NCBI GenBank assembly: GCA_051655665.1
Contig: JBOGAI010000040.1
Location: forward strand, 1-48,056
Reading direction: 5' to 3'
Length of the DNA: 48,056 nucleotides
From: Erysipelotrichaceae bacterium
GTDB lineage: Bacteria; Bacillota_I; Bacilli_A; Erysipelotrichales; Erysipelotrichaceae
Positions 30,757 through 38,922 of the stretch are shown here, one piece after another. Under the pieces are notes generated by a model. That model saw nothing but the letters and a program-made list of their open reading frames with translations. It was not told the origin of the DNA and did not search any database. Made by a program: the position numbers and the translations under genes. Within the stretch, counting starts at the first letter, position 1, and each line of letters opens with the position of its first letter.

Positions 30757-31666
30757 AGAATTGATGGAACGCTTTGCGTTTCGACAATTGGTCGGGGACG
30801 ATGCTTCCCTAGATCGTCGCATCGAGATTCCCGACATCAATCGGCCGGGATTGGAGTTGGCAGGATATTTCGAATATTCCCAAACCAAGCGAATTATTAT
30901 TTTGGGAGACAAAGAAATTGAATACATCAAAACGATGGACGACCACGCACAAGAGCGTAGCTTTGATTTCTTAACAGAAGAACAAACCCCAGCCATCATC
31001 ATCGCGAAAAATCATCCGATACCCGAGAGCTTGCGGCTCATCGCGACCAAGAAAAACTTTCCGGTTTTCTCAACTCCACTGCCTACCTATCAGCTCATCA
31101 TTGAATTGATCATGGAACTAGACGACATGATGGCACCGTTTGACAATGTGCACGGTGGCTTATTGTCGATTTTTGGTAAAGGGGTCTTGATTACCGGGGA
31201 AAGCGGTTTGGGGAAATCTGAGATTGCCTTGGAGCTGATCAAGCGTGGTCATTTGCTTGTTGCAGACGACCGTGTGGACTGCTATCGCATGCACAACGGA
31301 ATTGTGGGCAAAGCGCCAGAACTGTTGGAAGGAATGTTGGAAATTCGTGGAGTAGGAATTATCTCCGTCGCACGCATGTTCGGGGTTTCTTCTGTACTCA
31401 AGAAAAAATCCTTGGACTTGGTCATTGCCCTAGAACATTGGAGCAAAAACAAAGTATACGATCGCATTGGGGTAGGGGAGGAACAATACGAATCCATCCT
31501 GGGAATCGAAGTTCCCAAAATTACGATTCCCGTAAAAGAAGGGCGTTCCATGGCCGCCGTCATTGAGGCAGCCGTAACCAACTTTACATTGAAAGAAATG
31601 GGAATGGACAGCGCCAAAGAATTTGAACAACGTGTCTTTGAGCTTTGCTCAAGAAATAATACATAG
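30713..31666 (+). CDS. hprK: HPr kinase/phosphorylase
   Basis: Walker A GESGLGKSE, LVADD, signature LEIRGVGII. 44-nt overlap with the uvrA 3' end; AGAGGGA RBS. Confidence 0.95.
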   Translation: MTNTNLKDLPQHSVRELMERFAFRQLVGDDASLDRRIEIPDINRPGLELAGYFEYSQTKRIIILGDKEIEYIKTMDDHAQERSFDFLTEEQTPAIIIAKNHPIPESLRLIATKKNFPVFSTPLPTYQLIIELIMELDDMMAPFDNVHGGLLSIFGKGVLITGESGLGKSEIALELIKRGHLLVADDRVDCYRMHNGIVGKAPELLEGMLEIRGVGIISVARMFGVSSVLKKKSLDLVIALEHWSKNKVYDRIGVGEEQYESILGIEVPKITIPVKEGRSMAAVIEAAVTNFTLKEMGMDSAKEFEQRVFELCSRNNT

Positions 31667-31674
31667 GAGGGATT

Positions 31675-33150
31675 ATGCAATTTTTTCCAGACTTCAAAAC
31701 CTTTATTCAAATAGGTAGTTTTTCAATCACCTGGTATGCCGTATTTGTATTGTCCGCAGCCATGGTTTGTTATAGCTTAAGCGTACGCACACTGAAAAAG
31801 ATGGGGTACAAAGTAGAAATGTTGGAAGATTTCTTCATTACCATGTTGCCGATTGCATTTTTGGGTGCTCGTTTGTGGTATGTTGCGTTTGAATGGGAAC
31901 GCTATGGTTCCGATTTGATTCGTATCTTCTACATTTGGGAAGGGGGATTGGCCATTCATGGAGGTCTGATTGCCGCTGTGGCATATGGCTTTTGGTTTTT
32001 CCGCCGCAAAGGTGCAAACGTATTGCGCATTGCCGACGCGATTATGCCCAATTTGCTAATCGCCCAATTCATTGGACGTTGGGGAAACTTCATGAACCAA
32101 GAAGCATATGGATCCATCGTTTCCGAAAGTTTCTACAACGGTTGGCCAACGTTCATCAAAGATCACATGTTTATCGCGGGGGAATACCGCCAACCCACCT
32201 TTTTATTTGAAGGGGTGGGCAATTTGGTGGGATTTGTCTTGATTGCCTTTGTCTACAAAAAGTGGGGACGCAAAAAACGTGGCGATCTGATGTTCGCCTA
32301 CTTGACCTGGTATGGGCTGGTTCGCTTGTATGTGGAAGGCTTACGTACCGATTCTTTGATGATTGGCGATTTGCGCATTGCACAGCTGATTTCCATTTTG
32401 TTCATGGTTGTGGGTATCTTGGGCATCGTCGGTGTATTTGACCGTTTGTTTCAAAATACGTACATGTTCAAAAAGCGCAAACCGGTGGTGTTGTTTGATT
32501 TGGATGGAACATTGCTCGATTCGGAAATGCTCATTCAAAAATCATTTGCGCACACTTTCGCCCAACATCGTCCAGAACTTACCTCGACAGACGAATTGCA
32601 ACGCAGTTTCTTTGGTCCAAGTTTGATTGAAACCTTCCGCAAATATGCGGTGGACGAAGCCGAAGTACAAGCGATGATACATACGTATCGCGAATACAAC
32701 CATGCCAATCACGATGAATTGGTTCGGCTCATTGAAGGGGCGGAGAACGTCGTGAAAACGTTGCACGAACAAGGCTATGACCTAGGAGTCGTCAGCAACA
32801 AAAACCATAAAATGGTGGAACATGGATTGCGCTTTTGTGGAATTCACGAGTACTTCCAAGCCATCGTTGGCATGGATGATGTGAAAACCCCGAAACCAAA
32901 CCCGGAAGGGCTCATCAAGGCATGTCACGATATGTTGCGTGGTTTTGATGACTTGATTTACGTAGGAGATTACACAAGTGACGTTTTGGCGGCCAAAAAC
33001 ATGTCTGCCTTCTCGGTTGCCTTTGTGAGTGATGAAAAGCACCGTGCGGAATTGGCTGGAGCCAAACCGATGCGGATGATCAACCAATTGTCCGAAGTGT
33101 TGACATTGGTACAGGAGGACGTGGAATGGAGCGACAATTCGACCTTATAA
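31675..33150 (+). CDS. lgt: Fusion protein: prolipoprotein diacylglyceryl transferase (Lgt, ~aa 1-265) plus a HAD-IA PpaX-like pyrophosphatase (~aa 270-491)
   Basis: Lgt motifs: WYAVF, GGLAIHGGL, GRWGNFMNQEAYG, RQPTFLFE, YGLVRLYVEGLRTDS. The same frame continues into HAD motifs: VVLFDLDGTLLDS, YREYNHANHDELV (cf. B. subtilis PpaX YRQFNHDHHDELV), GVVSNK, TPKPNPE, YVGDYTSDV. Confidence 0.85.
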   Translation: MQFFPDFKTFIQIGSFSITWYAVFVLSAAMVCYSLSVRTLKKMGYKVEMLEDFFITMLPIAFLGARLWYVAFEWERYGSDLIRIFYIWEGGLAIHGGLIAAVAYGFWFFRRKGANVLRIADAIMPNLLIAQFIGRWGNFMNQEAYGSIVSESFYNGWPTFIKDHMFIAGEYRQPTFLFEGVGNLVGFVLIAFVYKKWGRKKRGDLMFAYLTWYGLVRLYVEGLRTDSLMIGDLRIAQLISILFMVVGILGIVGVFDRLFQNTYMFKKRKPVVLFDLDGTLLDSEMLIQKSFAHTFAQHRPELTSTDELQRSFFGPSLIETFRKYAVDEAEVQAMIHTYREYNHANHDELVRLIEGAENVVKTLHEQGYDLGVVSNKNHKMVEHGLRFCGIHEYFQAIVGMDDVKTPKPNPEGLIKACHDMLRGFDDLIYVGDYTSDVLAAKNMSAFSVAFVSDEKHRAELAGAKPMRMINQLSEVLTLVQEDVEWSDNSTL

Positions 33151-34052
33151 TTATCGGATCTGGCCCTGCGGGGATGAGTGCGGCCATCTATGCGACACGC
33201 GCGGGGTTATCTACGCTGTTGCTGGACAATGGAGCTCCAGGGGGAAAGCTATTAAAAACAAATCGCATTGAAAACTGGCCGGGCATGAAAACAACCCCAG
33301 GACCAGATTTGGCGTATCAAATGTTTGATCATGCCACCAGTTTTGGTGCGGAATATGCCTATGGAGATGTAGTGCGCATTGAAGAGGGAGCACTCAAACG
33401 GGTGGAAACCACCGATACCGTTTATCATGCGAAAACCATTATTTTGGCGAGCGGAACCAAAGAGCGTCTGCTCAACGTTCCCGGAGAACAAGAATTTTTG
33501 GGCAAAGGAGTTTCCTATTGCGCGACGTGCGATGGTGCCTTTTTCCAAGACAAAGATGTCATTGTGGTTGGCGGCGGGAACACGGCGCTTGAAGAAGCCA
33601 ACTATTTGACGAAGTTTGCGAAAAACGTGTTTATCTTTACCCGCAAGGATACGTTCCGCGCAGAGGAATTTGTTCAGAAGGAAGTTGCGGCCAACCCTAA
33701 AATCGTTCACTACAAAAACTATGAAGTTGAGCGTATTGTAGGCAATGAAGCTGGCGTGACTTCTGTGTGGTTTCGCTCGACGAAGGACCACTCTCCCTGC
33801 CAGATGCAAGCCGATGGCATCTTTCCTTGCATCGGCGCAGACCCTGCGACCCAATGCATAGCGCATTTGGGCGTACTCAATGAGTTTGGTTATGTGCAAG
33901 TCGACGCCAATATGGAAACCAAAGTAGCAGGATTGTATGCGGCAGGAGATTGCATTGAGAAGGGCTTGCGACAAGTAGTCACAGCGGTCAACGATGGCGC
34001 GATTGCTGCGCAGCATGCGTTCTATCGAATTCAAAACATCAGTCATGAGTAG
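33126..34052 (+). CDS. trxB: Thioredoxin-disulfide reductase
   Basis: GSGPAGMSAA, redox CATCDG, GGGNTALEEA, AAGD. 25-nt overlap with the lgt-ppaX ORF. Confidence 0.95.
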   Translation: MERQFDLIIIGSGPAGMSAAIYATRAGLSTLLLDNGAPGGKLLKTNRIENWPGMKTTPGPDLAYQMFDHATSFGAEYAYGDVVRIEEGALKRVETTDTVYHAKTIILASGTKERLLNVPGEQEFLGKGVSYCATCDGAFFQDKDVIVVGGGNTALEEANYLTKFAKNVFIFTRKDTFRAEEFVQKEVAANPKIVHYKNYEVERIVGNEAGVTSVWFRSTKDHSPCQMQADGIFPCIGADPATQCIAHLGVLNEFGYVQVDANMETKVAGLYAAGDCIEKGLRQVVTAVNDGAIAAQHAFYRIQNISHE

Positions 34053-34067
34053 TCATGACTTTTTTTT
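34041..34067 (+). terminator. Rho-independent terminator after trxB
   Basis: AGTCATGA-gtag-TCATGACT followed by T7. It includes the stop codon. Confidence 0.85.
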
Positions 34068-34118
34068 ATGAAAGTGAAAGCTCCACAAAAGTAATGTTGG
34101 CGTTGTGGAAAAGAACTA

Positions 34119-34127
34119 TGGTAAAAT
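34119..34127 (+). promoter_or_regulatory. Extended -10 TGgTAAAAT upstream of rapZ
   Basis: TGnTAAAAT lies 34 nt upstream of the ATG at 34161. Confidence 0.4.
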
Positions 34128-34160
34128 AGAAACAGTAGAATCGGTTAGGAGGAATCCACT

Positions 34161-35018
34161 ATGAAACACCAAAATGTTGTACTCATTACCGGAATGTCCG
34201 GTGCGGGGAAAACCACAGCGATGAATGTATTGGAAGATTTGGGCTATCATTGCATTGACCAATACCCCGTACAGCTCATCGATTACTTATACGAAATCAT
34301 CAATCCTCATTATATTCCGAAGTATCAAAACATCGCTTTGGCAACTACGGCGCAAGATTATGAGAAATTCATTGCCTTCTTTGAGAAAAATGAGATCAAA
34401 TACCGCATCCTATACTTGGATGCGAGCAACGAAGCACTGTTGTTGCGCTATAAATTCACACGCCGTCACCATCCTTTTTTATTGTCCAATCGCGCCAACA
34501 CGCTAGAAGAAGCCATCGAAGTAGAACGCGAGCTGTTCTATCATATTTTTGAAAAGACAACCATTCACATCGACACCACGAAACGCAGCATCGGCGAGCT
34601 TAAGGAAATACTCGAGGCGAAGTTGGGGTTGTCCCACACGGCATCGTTTGCGATTTCATTTGTATCGTTTGGTTTTAAACATGGGGTGCCCTTGGACGCA
34701 GATTTTATTTTTGATATGCGGATTTTGCCCAACCCCTATTACATTGCGGACTTGCGACCCTTGACTGGAAACGATGAGGCAGTGTACAACTACGTCATGC
34801 AAGACCCCCTTACCGCGCAAGTATTGCAGCGCTTGATTTCTTATTTGGATTTGACATTCGCCACCTATGCTAGTGCAGCGAAAAATCATATTACGGTTGG
34901 GATTGGATGCACAGGGGGGCAACATCGCTCCGTCAGCATTGCGAATTATTTGTTTGAGTACTACAGCGATTTGTATCCATGTTATTTGAGTCACCGTGAC
35001 GCACGGGGGTTAGTATGA
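34161..35018 (+). CDS. rapZ: RNase adapter / nucleotide-binding protein RapZ (YvcJ)
   Basis: Walker A GMSGAGKTT, LPNPY, GCTGGQHRSV. Confidence 0.93.
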   Translation: MKHQNVVLITGMSGAGKTTAMNVLEDLGYHCIDQYPVQLIDYLYEIINPHYIPKYQNIALATTAQDYEKFIAFFEKNEIKYRILYLDASNEALLLRYKFTRRHHPFLLSNRANTLEEAIEVERELFYHIFEKTTIHIDTTKRSIGELKEILEAKLGLSHTASFAISFVSFGFKHGVPLDADFIFDMRILPNPYYIADLRPLTGNDEAVYNYVMQDPLTAQVLQRLISYLDLTFATYASAAKNHITVGIGCTGGQHRSVSIANYLFEYYSDLYPCYLSHRDARGLV

Positions 35019-35959
35019 AAAAAATAGTCGTCGTCGGTGGAGGGACCGGTTTATCTGTGATCATGCGTGGTTTGAAAAACCGACGCGATGTGAAACTTTC
35101 GGCCATTGTGACCGTCGCCGATGATGGAGGTTCGACCGGACGCTTGCGTGAACGTTATAGTGTTCCGGCCATGGGCGACATCCGAAACGTGTTGGTGTCC
35201 ATGTCCGAGGATGAAAATCTTTTTAAGCAACTCATGGACTATCGATTCACTGGTGATGAAAATGATGTGGGGGGGCATAACCTGGGGAATTTAATTTTGA
35301 CAGCGTTGGCAGATACCCACGGCAGCTTCAGTGAAGCCATTCGGTTGGCTTCTCGTTTCCTAAAGGTAAAAGGAGAGATCATACCATCATCTTTGGAATT
35401 TATCACATTGTATGCAAAGATGGAGGATGGTACAATAGTGCGAGGCGAAAGCAACATTCCCAAAGTGCACAACCACATCGAAGAAGTGTTTTACGAAACA
35501 CCGGTTTGCGCAAGTGAGGATGCGCTCAAAGCCATTAGAGAAGCGGATTATTTGATTTTTGGAATTGGTTCTTTGTATACTAGCATCATTCCCAACATTA
35601 TCATTTCCGGAATCAAGGAAGCAATCCTGGCGAGCAACGCACAAAAAATTTATGTTTGCAATGCGATGAGCCAACCGGGAGAAACCGACGACTATAGTTT
35701 GGAAGACCATGTCAATGCACTGCATCGCCATCTCGGGGTAAATTTGATCGACACCGTGTTGATTCACAACAACGTCATCAATCCCACCATTGAAGCACGC
35801 TATGCTGCCAAAGGCGCAAAGCTTGTGAAAGCGGAGGCGCAATCCCATGACTATGTTGTCATTGAGGAAGATTTGCTAACGGTGTCCAATCAATGGATTC
35901 GACACGACAGCGATAAGATTGCCAAACAATTGTTACGAATAATTGGAATTGAGGAGTAG
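35015..35959 (+). CDS. yvcK: YvcK/CofD-like gluconeogenesis (cell-shape) factor
   Basis: VVVGGGTGLS, VADDGGSTG, GPGSLYTS-like GIGSLYTSIIPN. ATGA overlap with rapZ. Confidence 0.9.
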   Translation: MKKIVVVGGGTGLSVIMRGLKNRRDVKLSAIVTVADDGGSTGRLRERYSVPAMGDIRNVLVSMSEDENLFKQLMDYRFTGDENDVGGHNLGNLILTALADTHGSFSEAIRLASRFLKVKGEIIPSSLEFITLYAKMEDGTIVRGESNIPKVHNHIEEVFYETPVCASEDALKAIREADYLIFGIGSLYTSIIPNIIISGIKEAILASNAQKIYVCNAMSQPGETDDYSLEDHVNALHRHLGVNLIDTVLIHNNVINPTIEARYAAKGAKLVKAEAQSHDYVVIEEDLLTVSNQWIRHDSDKIAKQLLRIIGIEE

Positions 35960-35963
35960 AAAT

Positions 35964-36908
35964 ATGTCATTTACGAGTGAAGTGAAGGCGGAAATCGCAA
36001 ACAACGACTTGTTGGTTTGTTGTCGCCATGCCGAATTGTCGGCGTTGATCCAAATGTGCGCCACCTTGAACTTTACTTCGTCAGGGATGCACATTACCAT
36101 CAAAACGGAAAATGCGACTACAGCTAAGCGTATTTATCGATTGATCAAAGACTTGTTTCAAGTAGAAACAGAGTTGTCGGTAATCAAAAAAATGAAATTG
36201 AAAAAGAACAATATCTACGTCATACGCGTGATGAACAAAGCGACGGACATCTTGCGAGCACTCGATATTTTAGGAGATAGTGGGTTAAGAACCCATCCCA
36301 GTCGCAATGTTGTGCGAAAAGACTGTGACCGACGTGCCTATCTGGCCGGTGCTTTTTTGGCGGGAGGGTCCATCAACTCGCCAGCCAATGCCAATTACCA
36401 CATGGAGATTGCGGCTTCCACGGTCGAGTTGGCGAAGTATTTACAACGCCTGATGCGCACCTTTGGGTTGGAGGCGAAGTACATCAAGCGTCGTAATCAA
36501 GAAGTGGTCTATCTGAAAGCATCGGACCAAATTGCCGATTTCTTGCGTGCTGTCGAAGCCAATCAAGCGGTCTTTACTTTTGAGGATCAGCGCATTCAGC
36601 GTGGCTTCATCAATTCGTTGACCCGATTGGACAACTGTGAACTTGCCAACGAAATGAAAAGTTTGGCGGCAGGGCACAAGCAGTTCGAAGACATCGAGTG
36701 GATTGAAAACTATGCCGGATTGCACACTTTGCCTGAAAAACTCAAGCAAGTGGCCTTCTTGCGCAAGGAAAATCCGGAAGCAAGCTTGTTGGAGCTGTGT
36801 GAGTATTATGAAGAGGAATACGATGCAACCATCTCTAAATCAGGGATGCGCCATCGCTTGAACAAATTGGCTGAAATTGCCGAGCAGTATAAGACAAAAA
36901 ATCACTAG
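35964..36908 (+). CDS. whiA: DNA-binding sporulation/cell-division regulator WhiA
   Basis: MSFTSEVKAEI start after GAGGAG, LAGAFLAGGSINSP (LAGLIDADG-like), C-terminal HTH (ISKSGMRHRLNKL). Conserved rapZ-yvcK-whiA order. Confidence 0.93.
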   Translation: MSFTSEVKAEIANNDLLVCCRHAELSALIQMCATLNFTSSGMHITIKTENATTAKRIYRLIKDLFQVETELSVIKKMKLKKNNIYVIRVMNKATDILRALDILGDSGLRTHPSRNVVRKDCDRRAYLAGAFLAGGSINSPANANYHMEIAASTVELAKYLQRLMRTFGLEAKYIKRRNQEVVYLKASDQIADFLRAVEANQAVFTFEDQRIQRGFINSLTRLDNCELANEMKSLAAGHKQFEDIEWIENYAGLHTLPEKLKQVAFLRKENPEASLLELCEYYEEEYDATISKSGMRHRLNKLAEIAEQYKTKNH

Positions 36909-36918
36909 AGGAGGTCCT

Positions 36919-37215
36919 ATGCGTAACATATCATCAATTATCGTAAGCTTTTTAGGATTAATGTTGTTTATTTGGTTGTTCCCAGCCCTGTTGTGGTTAG
37001 CCATGATCATTGTGGCCCTGATCTTGATTGGGCTTGCCTATTTGTTTTTCAAAGTACGTCGCAGCCAAAAGGAAATGCAACGTCAATTTGAAGACATGGC
37101 CAATGAATATACTTCTTACGACGCGGGTTCATCGTATTTTTACCGTGAATCCAGTGGGGAAACCAACCCTGATGTTATTGATGTAGAATACAGTGTTCAC
37201 GACGAGGAGGAATAA
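36919..37215 (+). CDS. Hypothetical small membrane protein with an acidic tail
   Basis: GGAGG RBS 5 nt upstream. Two TM helices, then a charged tail ending DVIDVEYSVHDEEE. No family recognised. Confidence 0.55.
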   Translation: MRNISSIIVSFLGLMLFIWLFPALLWLAMIIVALILIGLAYLFFKVRRSQKEMQRQFEDMANEYTSYDAGSSYFYRESSGETNPDVIDVEYSVHDEEE

Positions 37216-37218
37216 TGG

Positions 37219-38127
37219 ATGTTGCGTAACGCGAAAGCAGAAGATTTGAGTGCCGTAGAGGCATTGTATTCAAAAGCCTACCAGTTTACAACGCCTGATG
37301 AAGTATCCTTCTTTTTTCAAAACCGTTATGAATCCAGCAAAACCATCGTGAAGTGGATGGAAGACCAACTGGTGTCCGCTATTTCCTACTCGTATCGCAA
37401 CCTACACTTTTTGAACCGTGTCATCCAAGTAAACTATGTGGAGGCCTTTGCGACCAAACCGGAATTCCGGCATCAAAACGCGAATGGCATCATCATGGAA
37501 CACTTCCTTGATGAAGCCGTCCATGAAAGCTTGATGACGCTTGTAAAGACGGACAATCCGAAAATCTATGAGCGCTATGGGTTTCAGCCGGTATACGAAC
37601 GTCACCGCTATACCATTCGCCCAGAACATTTGGTGCACGAAATTCAAGTGTATTTGCACGAAGAAATTGACGTACAAGCCCTCAAAGCCGTGTATGAGCG
37701 CTATGCCTTCCACTTTACGGGCTATCCAACCCGTACGATGGCGGACTTTAGTGCTCTGATGGAAAAATGCAATTTTTTTGGTTGGAAAGTACTAGGCGTT
37801 TCTCATGATCAGGCCAATTTGTCAGGCTACATCATCTATGAAGCGCAAACGCATAAATGCGTAGTGCATGAGTTGGTGTATCTGGATGGAAGCTCGATTA
37901 ATGGACTGCTGAGCAAAGCGATGGAGGACCACATTGAGTTGGTTGTGGAACTTAGCAAACAAGAGCGGATTGAGAAAATCATACCGCTTGTGATTCCACG
38001 CAAAGTGGTGGCGTACATGGCCAAGCTCAACAATGCCGCACTTTTCAACAAATTGTTTAAAACCCAAGTGCAAGACGCGTCAGAGGCCTATGCGCTGTTA
38101 AGCAAGCCGGTTCACTTTTTCGATTAA
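37219..38127 (+). CDS. GNAT-family N-acetyltransferase (Eis-like two-domain layout)
   Basis: N-terminal GNAT core (VNYVEAFATKPEFRHQNANGIIMEHFL...ERYGFQPV) plus a ~150-aa C-terminal domain. The assignment is moderate. Confidence 0.65.
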   Translation: MLRNAKAEDLSAVEALYSKAYQFTTPDEVSFFFQNRYESSKTIVKWMEDQLVSAISYSYRNLHFLNRVIQVNYVEAFATKPEFRHQNANGIIMEHFLDEAVHESLMTLVKTDNPKIYERYGFQPVYERHRYTIRPEHLVHEIQVYLHEEIDVQALKAVYERYAFHFTGYPTRTMADFSALMEKCNFFGWKVLGVSHDQANLSGYIIYEAQTHKCVVHELVYLDGSSINGLLSKAMEDHIELVVELSKQERIEKIIPLVIPRKVVAYMAKLNNAALFNKLFKTQVQDASEAYALLSKPVHFFD

Positions 38128-38147
38128 CACCTTCGGGTGTTTTTTTG
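38127..38147 (+). terminator. Rho-independent terminator after the GNAT gene
   Basis: ACACC-ttcg-GGTGT followed by T7. Confidence 0.75.
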
Positions 38148-38160
38148 TTTTGACCACAAT

Positions 38161-38199
38161 AAAAATACCCTCTTTACTGGTTGACCAGTAAAGAGGGTA
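38161..38199 (-). terminator. Strong rho-independent terminator for the minus-strand membrane-protein gene
   Basis: Perfect 15-bp stem TACCCTCTTTACTGG-ttga-CCAGTAAAGAGGGTA, with a T run on the minus strand (AAAAA at 38161-38165). Confidence 0.85.
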
Positions 38200-38221
38200 C
38201 ATATCACGGGAAGGGTTTCGA

Positions 38222-38746
38222 TTAAGCTTGTTTCAGCAAAAGCAATGCCTTTAAGTGCAGGAATGAGAAATACAAGGCGCCTAGGGCAAGTAGAGTGGAA
38301 CCTACTAGTAATACCCATGAAGTTTCACTGTACAAGGCGTTAAGAACCAAAAGAATGGCAAAGGCCGCATACAAGAAGACTTTTAAAAGCAGTTTACCAA
38401 ACCCTTCTTCTTTCAACAACTCCAAGTTCGATTTTTTAGGATCCGGTTTAAAATTGGTAAATTGGGTACAGTTGGGCAGTACTTTTTTGTGTAGTTCATG
38501 ATTCATGGCAAACCAGACACCAAGTCCGATGATCGGTGCTAGGAATAAGCCAAATGGCACAAATTCCGCTACAATGATGAGTGCAATCAGGGCAATGGCA
38601 TGGCGCATTTGCAACATCTTGAATTTGCTGATTTGCTCTTCGCCGATGCGATATCCAATTTTGCTTTTGGCATCATAGTGAATGTATTGACCATGACGGT
38701 CTTGGTAAATGGTTCGACCACTTAGTCGTATTTGTTGTTTATTCAT
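38222..38746 (-). CDS. Hypothetical membrane protein (4 predicted TM helices)
   Basis: Start MNKQQIRL is preceded by a GGAAGG RBS (the ORF track extends 25 codons further upstream without an RBS). It has its own terminator. No family recognised. Confidence 0.6.
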   Translation of the reverse strand: MNKQQIRLSGRTIYQDRHGQYIHYDAKSKIGYRIGEEQISKFKMLQMRHAIALIALIIVAEFVPFGLFLAPIIGLGVWFAMNHELHKKVLPNCTQFTNFKPDPKKSNLELLKEEGFGKLLLKVFLYAAFAILLVLNALYSETSWVLLVGSTLLALGALYFSFLHLKALLLLKQA

Positions 38747-38870
38747 GTAAGATAGAACCTTCCTTTTTTTGTATATCTTAATTATATGTAATCGCTTAAC
38801 AAATGAAAAGAGTAGAATCACTATAAATTGATAAGATTGTTGTACTTATTAACAAGTTCTAGCGTAGCGA

Positions 38871-38899
38871 TTGAATTTTGGAAATTGAATATCTATAAT
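38871..38899 (+). promoter_or_regulatory. Sigma-A promoter of agaS (TTGAAT-N17-TATAAT)
   Basis: Near-consensus hexamers 24 nt upstream of the ATG at 38923. A second TTGAAT copy sits inside the spacer. Confidence 0.7.
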
Positions 38900-38922
38900 C
38901 TTTTTGTATGGAGGTATCTACT

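Noticed and set aside
33252-34046. 264-aa ORF antisense to the whole of trxB
   Set aside because: It exactly shadows a strongly supported gene (CATCDG and GSGPAG motifs on the + strand). It has no RBS or promoter, and its composition (rich in R, F, I and N) is typical of antisense frames. Long antisense ORFs of this kind arise by chance opposite codon-biased genes.
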